From Felis catus (Eukaryota), in assembly GCF_018350175.1 (NCBI RefSeq), contig NC_058383.1, positions 1,426,001 to 1,490,000 of the forward strand: 64,000 bases of DNA, read 5' to 3'. Positions 37,301 through 49,600 of this stretch are shown piece by piece. The notes beneath the pieces were generated by a model. The model ran no database searches. It worked only from the letters and a program-made list of their open reading frames with translations, and was not told the DNA's origin. Made by a program: the position numbers and the translations under genes. Numbering within the stretch: position 1 is the stretch's first letter; the number at the start of each line of letters is the position of its first letter.

Positions 37301-40274
37301 ATTTTGGCCTTCAGCAAGTCCCTCTCTGCCTGTGGCCTCTGCGAGGAGTAATCGTGTCCTGCTGGACCCACAACGGGAGGGGAAGGGAAAGTGGGCCAGG
37401 AGGACAGGGGACAGGGACACTCCCCCCGTCAGGTGGGTCCGGGGGCCGCTGGCACTGCGGAGAAGCAGGACCCCCCAGGCCACGTCGGGCCCCCGGCCTA
37501 GAGCTCGCTGGGCTGCCTGAGAGCCGTCCGCGGGCCCTCCAGCTCTGCGTCCAGCCCTTTAGGCAGGAGACGGTGGGGCACGAAGCACAACATTTCTAGT
37601 CAATGAAGAGGCGCCGGGAGGCGTTTGATATCTCGCTTGTGTCACACAGGCTAGGTGCTTTGTCTGCTGCCCACATGACGATCTGTCATACAGCTGGGTC
37701 CTGGCCCTTAGGCTGTCATCCGTGGAGCCCGAGGAGCCGGGACACCCAAGAAGTCAGCTCCAGGAGCTCCTGGTGGCCGTGTGACCTTTGCCGAGATCTA
37801 AGGGGCGGGGAGGGGGCACGTGGAAGGGGGGTGGCCGGGGCTAGGACACGCCCCAGGAGGCGTGAGGCTCAGTGTCTGAGACGGGCTGGGGGCCGGGAGG
37901 GGCCGCCCTATGTGGGGCAGGAGGGGCCTCAAGCTTTCCCAAGACAGAGCTGGTGGCACCTGCACACAGCCAGGAGCTGCCTGGGAGGGGCAGTGGTGAG
38001 CTCCCCGACACCGAAGGAGATCAAGCAAGCCCTGATGCCCCCTGGGCGAGGAGGCTTGAGCAGGAGGAGTAGAGAGGCCAGCATCACAAGGAGAGTATTT
38101 TTACCAGAAGCAATTATGGGCGGCACAAGCCCTGGAAGGGAACAGTGGACAAGATGACCTCTGGGGTCCTGGGGTGGACCCCCAACAGCCATCCTGCGTC
38201 TCGCACTAATTGGTGCCTTAACCGAGGCCCAGGGGCCGGACGGCACTGCTGGCCAGGCCGTGGACTCGGGTCCGAGAGCTGCCCGGCAGGAAGTGATCTC
38301 TCCAAGAGTCGGTTCCGGGCGGGGTCAGAGGCTTGCGGCCGGAGAGATCCCAGCCCCGCAGTCTGAACGCTGCCCCACGACCAGGAGGCGGCTCTCAGGG
38401 CCCGGGAGCCCTGAGCCGAGCCCGTGCGGGGATGGGGGCGGCCGTGGATGTCGGCCACCGCCTGGACTCTTGTTCCTGTGCTTCTGACCCGCAGATGGGG
38501 CCAGAGGAGAGGCTCAGCCAGGGAGGAGGGAGGCGCTGGCCTGGCCAGGATTTCCTGCTTGTGCCCGGCTTTCCATCACGATGGGGGCTCCAAGTAAGTG
38601 GCCTTTCCTTCGGGGCAGGGGAGGGGCACTCTGGGAAAGGACAGCCGACCTGGGAGCGGAGGTGGGGTGTGGTGGGGGGGGTGGCCCCTTCTCTGGGAAA
38701 GGCCCCTGCTCCCTGGACCCACTTGCCCACCCCCACCCCAGGCTCCCGGTCCATCCTTCCCTGGACGGGGACCCCAGAGGGGGCTCCGGCAAGGCCCTCC
38801 CTGACCCCACAGTCACAGCCCAGGGGATGGGCCACACGTGGGCACCGGGACCAGCTCAGGACACGAAGCTTGTCCTGAGAACAAGGGGGTGGGACAAGCC
38901 GGTCAAACTGGGGCTAGACAGAGGCCCCAGTGGGAGCAGAGGCTCAAGGTGCAGGAGGATTGTCTCTGCAGCGGGGCGGGGGATGCTCGCGGTGGGCCTT
39001 CCAGGAGCTTGGGCTGCTTCTGAGAACGGTGAGGCGGTTTTGGAAGGCTCACCCCGGCCACGGCATGGGGGAGGCTCGATCGGTGGGTAGCTGGGGAGGC
39101 CCAGAGCATCTCTCCTGCCCTGCTGGTGATGGGCCCAGGCAGCCGATGTCCTGGGTGCACTGGCGGCCCTGCCTCCACTCTTGCCCCGTGGTTCTCTAGA
39201 ACCTGCCTCAGGCGCGGCTGGATCTATGTGTCTTGCATCTCCAGGCGGCACAGGACCAGCGCATAGACCCACAGACCACTCTTCGGAGCTGCTGCTGTTC
39301 CATGTGGTGACCAATCTCTCGGGGAAGGGGCCGCAGGTCAGGGGTGGGAACGGTTTCCTCGGAGGTACCGGCCTGGGGTCAGGAGCCACGCGCCATGAAC
39401 TGAAATATCAGATCCGTCCTAAACAGTGAAGGGAGTGTGAGTTCGCGTCTCTGGGCCAGAGTGTGCAGATCAGGGAGACATTCAGGGCTGAGGTGGACAG
39501 AACGGAGAGGTCAGTTCACGGACCCGGAACCGGCCAGGGGGCCGGAGGACGGGAAACCTGCAGGGCAGGGACAGCGGCATTACATGAGGCGAGGGCCCCC
39601 TTGGAGTCTCAGAAATGAGAGGGAACACGAGGCCTGGGGTCTGCAGGGGGCAGGGGTCCCTGGGCAACCGCACGGCCTTGCCCTGGGGCACCAGGAAGTC
39701 CTGCTCAAGAGAGAGGGGGAACGGCCGAGGGGGTGCCCCGAGGTCGGGGGCAGGGCTTTTCCCTATAACTTGACTCTCAGTGCCTTCGTGCCCAGTCAAT
39801 TGCCACCTCCTCCTGGAGGCCACCCCGGGTACCTGGGACAGAGTTAACCTCCTGACGTGCGCAGCACCAGCTTGTGTAGGAAATGTTAGTGCTCGGGCTG
39901 TGTGATCTTGGGCAAAGGGCTTGACGTGTCTGAGCTTCCTTTATAAGACGGGACTAACGAGGTTGAGTCTCTGCCTTTGTGGAAGGGTATGCCCAGGGCT
40001 CAGCCCCAAAGCACCTACGATGTGCAGAGGTGACAGGGGCCCTCGGGCCAGTCCAGACCCCTGCAGGGCTCCCGGGAGAGGTGGGGAAAGTCCACACGGG
40101 GCCTCTGGCAGCTGCCTGCCCCGAGGAGTCTCTGGAAGCCCTTGGGGACCCGGTGGGGCCATAAGTCAGAGCTCCCTCTATCATTCCCTACACCCCTGCT
40201 GCCACCCTTGATCTTTCCCCCTAGGAAGGAAATCCTGGTGGTTGAATCTATTTTTAAGAAATAAAATACCTCTT

Positions 40275-40494
40275 GGGGGACCTGGGTGGCTCAGTCGGTT
40301 AAGCATCTGACTTCGGCTCAGGTCATGATCTTGTGGTTCGTGAGTTCGAGCCCCACGTCGGGCTCTGTGCTGACGGCTCAGAGCCTGGAGCCTGCTTGGG
40401 ATTCTGTGTCTCCCTCTCCTCTGCCCCTCCCCTGCTCCCACTCTGTCTCTCTCTCTCTCTGAAAAGTAAATAAACATTGAAAAATTAAAAAACA
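40275..40494 (+). mobile_element. Can-SINE (tail interrupted by the next SINE)
   Basis: gggggacctgggtggctcagtcggttaagcatctgacttcggctcagg...aaataaacattgaaaaa. Confidence 0.95.
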
Positions 40495-40697
40495 TTTTTT
40501 AACGTTTATTTTTGAGACAGAGAGAGACAGAGCATGAACGGGGGAGGGTCAGAGAGGGGGAGACACAGAATCCGAAACAGGCTCCAGGCTCTGAGCCGTC
40601 AGCACAGAGCCCGACGCGGGGCTCGAACTCACGGACCGCGAGATCATGACCTGAGCCGAAGTCGGCCGCTTAACCGACTGAGCCACCCAGGCGCCCC
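40495..40697 (-). mobile_element. Can-SINE, CpG-intact, inserted in inverse orientation into the previous SINE's tail
   Basis: aacgtttatttttgagacag...gagccacccaggcgcccc; approximate TSD taaaaaa(ca)tttttt at 40486 and 40698. Confidence 0.95.
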
Positions 40698-40769
40698 TAA
40701 AAAATTTTTTTAAAAAGAATTTAAAATTGCATACCAAGTATGAACTCTGGTTCATCCTGGGCGTGCCGC

Positions 40770-40945
40770 CTTGTTTAGCGGTCAGGTGCGCTGATGTCTG
40801 CAGCTTACCTGGAAGACGGCTGATTTATGAAGGGAGGCGGAGAGACAGGGAAAGCAGGTGTGTGGCCTAGCTGGTGGGTGTTTGGGTATCACCGTAAAAT
40901 CATTTCAACTTTTCTTTATGCTGGAAACATTCCATGATTAAAGGT
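40770..40945 (+). mobile_element. Old L1ME-like 3' end relic
   Basis: gatgtctgcagcttacctgga...accgtaaaatcatttcaacttttctttatgctggaaacattccatgattaaa resembles old L1M 3' termini as recalled. Confidence 0.5.
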
Positions 40946-41295
40946 GAAGAGCGATCGAAAGAGCCCAGGTGCCATGGACAAGCCGCCGGGACCCGGCCAC
41001 AGTTCACTGACCGTGCGACCGTGGGCGGCCTTCCCCGCTTCCAGGCGTCAGGGTCCTCCCCGGAAACCGGGCGAGGTGATAGTGCCAACCCCCGTGGTGT
41101 GAAAGAATTAACACACAGTAAGTGCCGGCACACAGTAGGTGCTTAATAAGTGTGCACTTTGCTGGTAGTGTCCCTCAGCCCTTGAGTCATCAGGGAGGCC
41201 ACATGTGCTGCTGCAGCTGATGGGGGAGGCTGAGGCACAAGCTGGGGTTTGCATAGAGTCCTGGAGGAGCCAAAGCAATTCTGAAAAACAAGGAA

Positions 41296-41508
41296 GGGGC
41301 GCCTGGGTGGCTCAGTCGGTTGAGCGTCCGACTTCGGCTCAGGTCATGATCTCACGGTTCGTGAGTTCGAGCCCCGTGTCGGGCTCTGTGGGGACAGCTC
41401 GGAGCCTGGAGCTGCTTTGGATTCTGTGTCTCCCTCTCTCTCTGCTCCTCCTCTCTCAAAAATAAATAAACATTAAACAAATTTTTTTGATAATTAAAAA
41501 ATATATAA
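41296..41508 (+). mobile_element. Can-SINE
   Basis: ggggcgcctgggtggctcagtcggttgagcgtccgacttcgg; degenerate TSD gaaaaacaaggaa / gaaaaagaagaa. Confidence 0.95.
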
Positions 41509-42588
41509 GAAAAAGAAGAACAAAGCCAGAGGACTCATGTCCCACTGTCGAAACTTCCTCCGGTAATCAGGACAGAGTGGTACTGGGTGGACAGACGGGT
41601 GGAAGGATAGACCTATATGTACGTCAGTGGGGTAGAACTGAGGGTGCAGGAAAAAAAAAATCCACTTTACTTATGGTCACTTTCTTTTCAACAAAGACGC
41701 CAAGATAATTCAGTGAGGGAAAGAACAGTCTCTCCAGCAGATGGCGCTGGGAAGACTGGACCCCTACCTCACACCATCTAACACAATCAGCTCAGTGGAT
41801 CAGAGACCTACATATAAGAGCTAAAACTATAAAACTCTTCGAAGAAAACATAGGAGCAAAGCTCGATCTTAGGAAACGTCTTTTTGGATGTGATACCGAG
41901 AGCACAAGCAACAAAGGAAAAAAATTGGTCTTCGTCAAAATTAAAACCTTTTGTCTGCAAACAATTCCAACAGGAAAGTGAAAAAAACAACTCACACGAA
42001 GGGAGACAATATTTGCAAATTATATATCTAATTAGGGATTCGTGTCTAGAATATATAAAGAACTCTTAAAACTCAACAATAAAAAGATGAATAGTCCCAT
42101 TTCTAAAACGGGCAAAGGACCTGAATAGGCATTTCTCCAAAGAAGCCCATGAAAAGTGCTCAACGTTATTAGCCATTGAGGAAATGCAAATGAAGACAAG
42201 GAGAGGCACTGCTTCCCGCCCACCAGGATGGCTAGAATCAGACAGATAATAACAAATGTTGGTGAGGATGCAGAAATATGGAAACTTGCGTGCCGTGCTG
42301 ATGGGAGTATACAGAGTGGCCTCCATTTTGGAGAACAGCTGGGGAGTTCTCCAAGATGTTACACAGACAGACAGCACATGGTCCAACGGTGGCACTCGTA
42401 GGTACGTTCCCAGGAGAAACGCAAACATAAGTTCACACAAAAACCTGTTTGTGAACGTTTGGAGCAACACACTTTAATGTCACAGAAGGGGGAACACCCC
42501 AAATGTTCATGCACTGGTAAATGGACGACGAAATGTGATTTATCCATGTAACGGCGTATTCGTAGGCAATTAAAAGGAACGAAATCGA

Positions 42589-42790
42589 GGGGCGCCTGGG
42601 TGGCTCAGTCGGTTAAGAGTCCGGCTCTTGATTTCGGCTCCCGTCATGATCTCACGGTTGGTGAGTTCGAGCCCAACGTCGGGCTCTGTGCCAACAGTGC
42701 GGAGCCTGCTTGGGATTCTTGCTCTCCTATCTGCCCCCTCCTACTCTCTCTCTCCTTCTCTCTCTAAAAAAAACAAACTAAAAAAAAAAA
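42589..42790 (+). mobile_element. Can-SINE (older ctcttgatttc-type subfamily)
   Basis: Head ggggcgcctgggtggctcagtcggttaagagtccggctcttgatttcggc; TSD aatta(a)aaggaa(c/t)gaaatcg at 42568 and 42791. Confidence 0.95.
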
Positions 42791-45700
42791 AATTAAAGGA
42801 ATGAAATCGTGATATGTGCTCCAATGTATAGAGAATCTCAAAAATTAGAGTGTTGAGTGAACTAAGCCAGTCACAAAAGCCCACATGTTATATGATTCCA
42901 TTGGTATGAAAGATATGGAACAGGCAGGTCCATAGAGACAGAAAGTAGGCTAGCGGTTGCCCATGGTGGCAGTGGGGAGGGGGTAGTAACTGCTCACGGG
43001 GACAGGGGGGTGCCTTTGGGGGTGAAATGTTCTAAACATGAACAGTGGCGATGGTCGCACAACTCCGTGACGTATTATCTTACAACCTGTCGAATCCTAT
43101 GTTGTAAATGGGTAAATGGTACAGTATGTAAATTATACCCCAATAAAGGTGCTCAGGAAAAAGCCTTGGGTCCAAGTCCTGACGTGCCCTCCGGGGACTC
43201 CTTGGTCAAGTCTCGGCCAGCTCACGACATTCAGTCTTCTCTGTAAAATGGGGCGGGACGATTTGCCGTCCTTTGGCACTGTGGGGACCAGATGAGATGA
43301 CAGATATGAAGCCATTTTTCATTGCAACGTTCATATTTACATTTATGGCGAAAGGCAACGTACTTGCGCATTGTACAAAATTCAAATGAGTGCACAGGGA
43401 AACACCACTCTCGTTTTCTGGGGTGATGGAAACGTTCAATATCTCGATGGGGGAGTGATTTCACAGATGTGTACCCTTGCTCACCTGGGCACGTCCATCA
43501 TAACCTCTGTCCAGTTTCTCTCCTCTTGGGTATTTTTCTTGATTTGTAAGAGCTCTTTATATATGGGGATATTGGCTCTTTGCTCGGGTTGGAAGCTGGG
43601 ATGTTGCTTCTTTTATAGATTCTCTGGGCGTTTGTTGTTACTGTGAAATTCTGGGCACGGGAAGAGATTGTCACTGTTTTTCTCTGAGTACCATTTTTCA
43701 GGGTCAGTTTGGGGAGGGGTCTCATCCACATGAATTCCAGATACTTGCGCCCCTCCCCCAATCCAGGCACACCCTCAGGTGACTGACTGACCAGCCTGGG
43801 TCAGTTACCTCCAGCCGGGCCATCCTTAGAGGAGAGAAGAGTCAACCACAGGGGTGCAGAGACCTGTGGCGGGTCCTCCTTTATTCTGGAAACGTGCTCG
43901 GTCACCCCCTCTGTGCTGGTCCAGCGTGTGGCACGGGGACCCATAGGTGAGTCACACTGTCCTACCCCCCCTGAGCTAGCTCACAGCACGGTGGAAGATT
44001 CAGGAGCGGCCACGACTTGGCTGGGGCGTCCCAGGGCGACCCGGGGCCCGGCACAGAGCCCAGGAGCCCCAGAGCCCCAGGGCCCTCGCTGCCCAGCCTG
44101 CCTCCACCCCAAAGAGCACTGGGCTGAATCTTGAGAAGGTGGCTGCTTTGTTTTAACCAAAAGAATCTTGTTGACCCAGTTCCTGGTCTCCCGGCAAATG
44201 GGAGCTGTTAATGGGACTCGCTTGTAAGGTGGCTGCGGGGACTGCATCGAGGCAGGCAGTGAGCACATGCTTGACACGTGGAGGTGAATTTTACAATTGC
44301 ACGCGGGTGTGCCCGCATGTGTGAGGGCGAGGTGTGGCCCTGGCGGGCGTTTGATCTGGGGGCATGGGGGGCAGGGCACCCTTACAACTGGCTACAGCAG
44401 CAATGGAAGCTGGGCCACTTCTGGTGGTTGGGGGGTTGCAGCAGCCCCCCTCTGCCCTCTCAGAAAAAACGAGGGCATACTTCAGCATCTCCAGGAGCTG
44501 GGGAGGGAGTTAGGGGTGAAACGCAGCAAAGGCCTCAAAGTCCCGCAGGAGGGCTGCCCCTGGGGAAGCAGGTCCGGGACTTTCAAGGCCCTGGAGTGCT
44601 GGGGAGAGAGGACACGGGAAAGGGGGCTGCAGGCCGACCTAGGCTACAAAGGGGCAGCGCACCTGCATTAAGGCCCCAGGCGAGAGAGACCCCGAGCCCA
44701 GCCTCTGCCCCACCTCCCGTCCCCAGAAGGTCTGAGTGCCCCTGCGCACGGACTCAAGGACGGCACAGTCCCAGACAGCGGCTCCGTCCCTGACCGTCCT
44801 CCTCTGGCCCAGGAGTCCAGGGGAAAGGTGGTGTCATCTCCTCCACCACCGTCCCCCTTTGGTGTATCGGTTCCCCGCTCGCCTGCAGGGACACCAAGTT
44901 TGGCGGGGAGGGCGGAGGGAGGGTTGGGAGGAGCGCGGAGGGTGGGCGCTGGGCGCCGCGGGCTGGATGGAGTTTATGGGCTGCGGAGAGGCCGCCGGAC
45001 CGGACCGGGGACCAGAGCGCAGCGCCCTTCCTCGGGCGGGACAGCCTTCGGTTCGGCGGCTCGAAGCCTCACGCGCCACTTCCGCCGGCCCGGGGCCTCC
45101 TCCGGGAGGGAAGGGCACCCCAGGGCAAACTCCCTCGCCCTCCTGCAGCCCCCTCCTCTTTGCGGCGCGCGCGCTCCCAGGTGCGCAGCCCACCCAGCCG
45201 CCTCGGCCTCCCTTCCCTGGCGGGGGCAGGACCCGGCGGCAGGGGCGCAGCGCGGCGGGCGGGATCCGGGGGTCGCGCCCCGCGCCCGCCAGGGCACCCA
45301 CTCCGCAGTTCCAACGCGGCGGCTCGGAAAGCGGCGCGCAGGCCGTGCCGGGCGGGGGCGCTCTTGAGCCTGGTTTGGGATTTTTACCCACCGCGCCAGC
45401 CGCATGCCGGGGCAGGGGCGGTGGGCAGTGGGAGCCGCCGGCGGGCGGTGTGGCCGCTGGGTGCGGGTGCGGGGCGTCTAGGGCGCTGCGGCTTTAGAAC
45501 CCGGTGTAGAGGCCGGCCGAGGGATTTCGGATCCCCGGGGATTCGGGAGACGAAGGAAGGGGAAGGGGGATCGGTGGGAGGGGAGTCCGCCAAACGGAAC
45601 GTTCGGGGAATCGGAAGGGGCCTGGCTGATCCCACGCCCCCACCCTCTCCGCAGCCGAAGGGGGTGGCGAGCAAGGGGCGGGGTGGGGGTGGGGGTGTCA

Positions 45701-46286
45701 ACGATCTGGGGGAGGGCGAGTGCCCGAGGGCCGGACCACCCCCTCACCCCCGCCCCCCACGTGCCGAGCCCTCCTCGTCCCCGGATACGCGCGCCCCTGA
45801 GGGCTGTGCATTTGCACTCGCGGACGCGCGCGCCCACACAGGGTCTGACTTCAGGTCAACTTTCACGCGGCTCGCGGGTGTGTGTGCACACGGCCGTGTC
45901 CGCACGCGCGTGCACACCCCCGCCTCAGGTGCCCACCTCCCGTCGCCTCCCAAAGTCTCGTCTCCTAGACCTCGGGGGCTTCTCCAAACGGTGGCCTGGG
46001 GCGGCGGCGGGGGCGCGCGGGGCGGACCCCGAGGAGCGGGCGAGGCTGCCTCCCGGCTCCCCTCGCCGCCCCCGCGGTCCAACTTCCCCTCCCGAGGCCA
46101 CCTCCGGACACCCCCAGTCCACCGACGTGCGGAGCCAGGCCGCCGCCCGCCCTCCGGCCGCCCCCGCCCGCGTCCCCCGCCCCTCCTCCAGCCCTCCCCG
46201 CTCCGGCTCCTACAGGAAACCTTCGATCACGCTCAGAAAGAATGTGCTACAACCTCGGCGCTGCCGCGGCCGCCGACACCGCGCCC

Positions 46287-46322
46287 GAGCCGGAGCCGGA
46301 GCCGGAGCCCGAGCCCGAGCCG
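46287..46322. repeat. (GAGCCS)6 hexamer repeat
   Basis: gagccg x3, gagccc x2, gagccg. Confidence 0.95.
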
Positions 46323-46399
46323 CCCCGCCTGCCCGGCCGGCCCCGGGCTCGCAGCGCGCGGTCCCCGCCGCCGCCCCGCGCTCGCCCCGCGCTTGACGC

Positions 46400-46666
46400 A
46401 GTGAGCGCCGCAGCCCGGCTCCCGCCGGCTCCGCTCCGCTCCCGGTCGCAGGCCGAGCCCAGCCCGGCGGGCCCCGGGAGGGGCGGGCAGGGCGCGAGGG
46501 GGAGGAGATCTGTCTGGAGCCAGCGAGCCCGGCGGAGGAAGAGGAGGAGGAAGGAGGGGAAGCCGCCGCCGCCGCCGCCGCCGCCGCCGCGCTCCGGGGA
46601 TCTGGGCGCGCGCGCTCCGCTCGCCCGCGACGGTGGCGCCAGCCCCCGGCCCGCACACGGGCCCAG
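46400..46666 (+). other. Putative first exon 1a (5' UTR) of a + strand gene; start uncertain (46200-46400)
   Basis: Lies in the core of the CpG island. Inr-like cgCAgt (A at 46400), (GCC)9 tract, then donor CAG|GTAGGA at 46666/46667 followed by intronic GGG runs. Confidence 0.55.
46562..46588 (+). repeat. (GCC)9 trinucleotide repeat
   Basis: Perfect run in putative exon 1a. Confidence 0.97.
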
Positions 46667-49600
46667 GTAGGAGGGGGCCGGTGGGGGAGGGAGCTGCGCG
46701 GGGGCTGCGGGGGCGGGGGTCCCCTCTGCCGCAGCCGCGGAGCTGGCGGGTCCCCGCCCCTGGGGCAGGCGGGGAGGAGGCTCTCCCCGGCGGCGGCGGT
46801 GGGGGCGGGCGCGGGGTCCCCCCGCGGCTCTCAGCGCCCTGGCCGCTCCGGCCCCCCGCGCCCTGTCCGGGGCGTCCGCGCCGGGGCCGACTCCCCCCCG
46901 CCCGTGTGGCTTCGGTTGCGGCGCGTTGAGTCCGCGGTTTCGGGGCACCCCCCACACCCAGGGCTCCGAGTCGGGCGCACCCGAAGTTAGCGGTCGCCGG
47001 GCGCCGGCCGGACAAACTTCCCTCCCCGACGCCGCGGCCCGAAGGCCCGGGACTCCGGACCCCTCGGGCTAGGAGGCGCCTCGGGGACCCCGAAACTTTC
47101 CTGAGCGCTGTGAGAGCGAAGGGCGAGCTGGGCAGGGACGGGGAGGGGGGGACGGAGTGGTCTTGCCTGCGAGTGCGTGGTGGTAGCCGGGGCGCCCCAA
47201 GTTGGCCCGGGGACTGCCCCCCCCAACCTAGAGCCCCATCTTAGAGTAGAGAACGGGCAAGGAGTAGACGGAGGGCGCCTAGCCTCCGCGCAGGCAGGAT
47301 GGGGAAGCAGCGCTGCGCCCTGCGCCTCTGGAGCCCTGGAGGGGGTGTTGCAGGACCCCCCCGCCACACACACACACTCCGTTCGCCTGGCCCTGCCCGT
47401 AGATGCCGAGCCCGCGGGAAGGACCCGGTTCGCGGCTATTAATAGGCTCCTGTGACCCGAACCTTTCCAGGCCCGGGGAGCTGCGAAGCTGGGCTTGGCT
47501 GAGGGGTGGGGCGGGACCCCAGGCCCCGAACTGGCTCCCTTCCCAGCTCTCAGCGTCCCCATCCTGTCGCTCTACCCTCCACGCCCCCCTCCCCGCTCTC
47601 CTCCCACTCTTTCCATCCCGGCCTCGGGGTGTCGCCCCCCCCCAACTTTTTCTCGTCCCAAATTGCACGGTGTGGCCTGTGGCCGCCCTGTCAGTCCGGG
47701 GGCCGGGGCCAGATTGGCGCGATGGGCGCACATTCCCCAAGCGAGTCCTCCTCCGCTGAACGGGTGTGGGGTTCCTGGGGCCAGCCTGCCAGGGATGAGC
47801 GGGGATTTCCTCCCGTCAGCGTCTCTTCCTCCCAACGCACACACACAAGCGCGCAACACCTTCGCCCACCCCTGCGGGCAGGTCGCCACCCCGAGTGAGG
47901 GGCCGCCGCCGGCAACCCTGGGGAGATGTGGAGAGCCGAGGGGACTCGCGGAGCTCCGGAGAGGGTTTCGGGGTGTAGCTACAACCGCATGTGCAGGGAG
48001 GAGGCGATGTCCTGGTGGCCTCCCTTCCAGCGTCGCCTTCACGCAACCCGAAGGCCCAGGAGGATTCCGTTTCCTCCTCCCACCTTCTCCCAACACTCGG
48101 ATCCAAGCTGGAGTGCATTTGAGGGTCTGGGGGGCGGGGAATATGGAATACTTCTTCCCGTCTGCCCATCTGCGGAGCCCAGCTCCCAAGCGGCTTGGGG
48201 GTCTTTGTCCCCCAGGGCTGGCCGCCGCCCCGCCCCCTCCCTTAACTCAGGGACCCCAACGCCTTCCAGCGCTCTCGCGTGCTGCGCTCAAGCAGTCTCA
48301 CAGCTCTGTTGAGCGAGGTGTCGCATCCTTTTCCCTGCTCTGGGTCTGGGGGTGGGGCAGGGGGCGTGGATCGCAGCACTGGGTCCCCGACAGATGTCCT
48401 CGCGGCGGCGCCGGCGTCTCTCTGAAACAGATTTAATGACTTACACGCAGACCGCCTAGCGGCGCGGCCACGGGGGAGGGGCGACCCAGCCGAGACTGGA
48501 GGACAGGTCGCAGCCGGAAGGCGCAGCCTCTGCTCGGGCTGCTGGGGGGGGGGGGCGCGATAACAAGGACCCCGAAGCCGGCCCTTCGGCTCCGTCTCCA
48601 ATCCCCTGCTCCCCCCAACTCTGCGCTTGGATCCCTGCGCCTGCCCACAGATCCTCGGATTGCGGGGACCTTCCCTTGAGGACTTCTACCCCGCCCCCCG
48701 CAGTTGACCTCTGAGCCCCTCGGCAGAGCCCCTACCCTGGGAGGCCAGATACCTGCCTCGGGGTTGGCCAGTGCAGGTACAGGGCGTGCTGCGGCCTCTG
48801 GCCTCGGCTTACATGCTGCAGAAATGGGCTCACATCCCTTGGAACAGGCCAGCCGTGAGAAGGTCGGGATCTAACTGTGGGCAGGCGCCTAGCACAGTCC
48901 CTGGCATGCTGGAGACGTGCATCCACCCCATTCTTCCAGGGCGGAGGTGGTCGTCGGCCAGCAAGGGTCTGGGGGAAGTCAGAAAGGGAGGGAGCCAGTC
49001 ACCTCTGGCAGGGGGTTGCCTAGGAAAAGCCGCACGGGGATCTCGGTCACTACTGAGCATTTTCCGGGCAGAGCGAAGCCAGAGGCTGGAAGGTGGCTTT
49101 CTGGGAGTGACCAGAGTCGCCTCTGAGAGAGGACCGGTCTTGCCCCATTCCAAGCTGCAGCTGGAGGCCTTCTGAAGACGAGGGGAGACTTGTCACCATC
49201 CTCTCTGTCCCCTGTGCCCAGGCCTGGCGTATCTGAGGCTTGGAGTACCTACATGGTGATACACCTTGGCCTGCACTGGCTGGGACAGGGGTGTGGGTAG
49301 GGGGCTGCCCCAGAGAAAGGCCACGTACAGCTCAGATGCCCCAGATGGCCCAACAGCCTTCTTCCCTGTGCCTCACCCCTGACCCTGGAGCTGTCTGTGT
49401 CTGCGCCCGGTACTTGTAGATAACTGTGGGGGGCACACCCGCTCTCGCCCTGCACCGCACCCTCAAAGGAGCCCCAGCAGACAGGCAAGAGAGGGCCACA
49501 AAGCACGAAATTCCTAAATTTTCCTAAATTCCAGCCTGGCAGGGGGAGGGCAGCTCAGAACCCTCCCTGTGCTTCCTGGTCAGCCTTCTGTGCCCGGACG

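Larger units (their letters stand above)
41265..43150 (+). mobile_element. L1MB-type LINE-1, 5'-truncated (ORF2 C-terminal part and 3' UTR), interrupted by two SINEs
   Basis: agccaaagcaattctgaaaaa (AKAIL), aaaactataaaactcttcgaagaaaacatagga, gcaaaggacctgaataggcatttctccaaagaag, gtccatagagacagaaagtag; ends gtaaattataccccaataaagg. Confidence 0.92.
44870..48620. promoter_or_regulatory. CpG island / promoter 1
   Basis: Very dense CpG and GC boxes (GGGGCGG/CCGCCC), no interspersed repeats. Motifs: TGACTT-c-AGGTCA at 45846-45858, palindrome GCACGCGCGTGC at 45902-45913, CRE-like TGACGCA at 46394-46400. Confidence 0.9.

Noticed and set aside
40803..40811. Strong minus-strand donor CAG|GTAAGC suggesting a divergent lncRNA exon
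   Set aside because: Lies in an old L1-like relic with no matching acceptor or other exon evidence; a 9-mer match is expected by chance in 64 kb.
44736..48436. Overlapping 200-414 aa Arg/Pro/Gly/Ala ORFs in CpG island 1
   Set aside because: Stop codons are rare at this GC content; ORFs overlap in all six frames, mostly with non-ATG starts and no recognisable protein.
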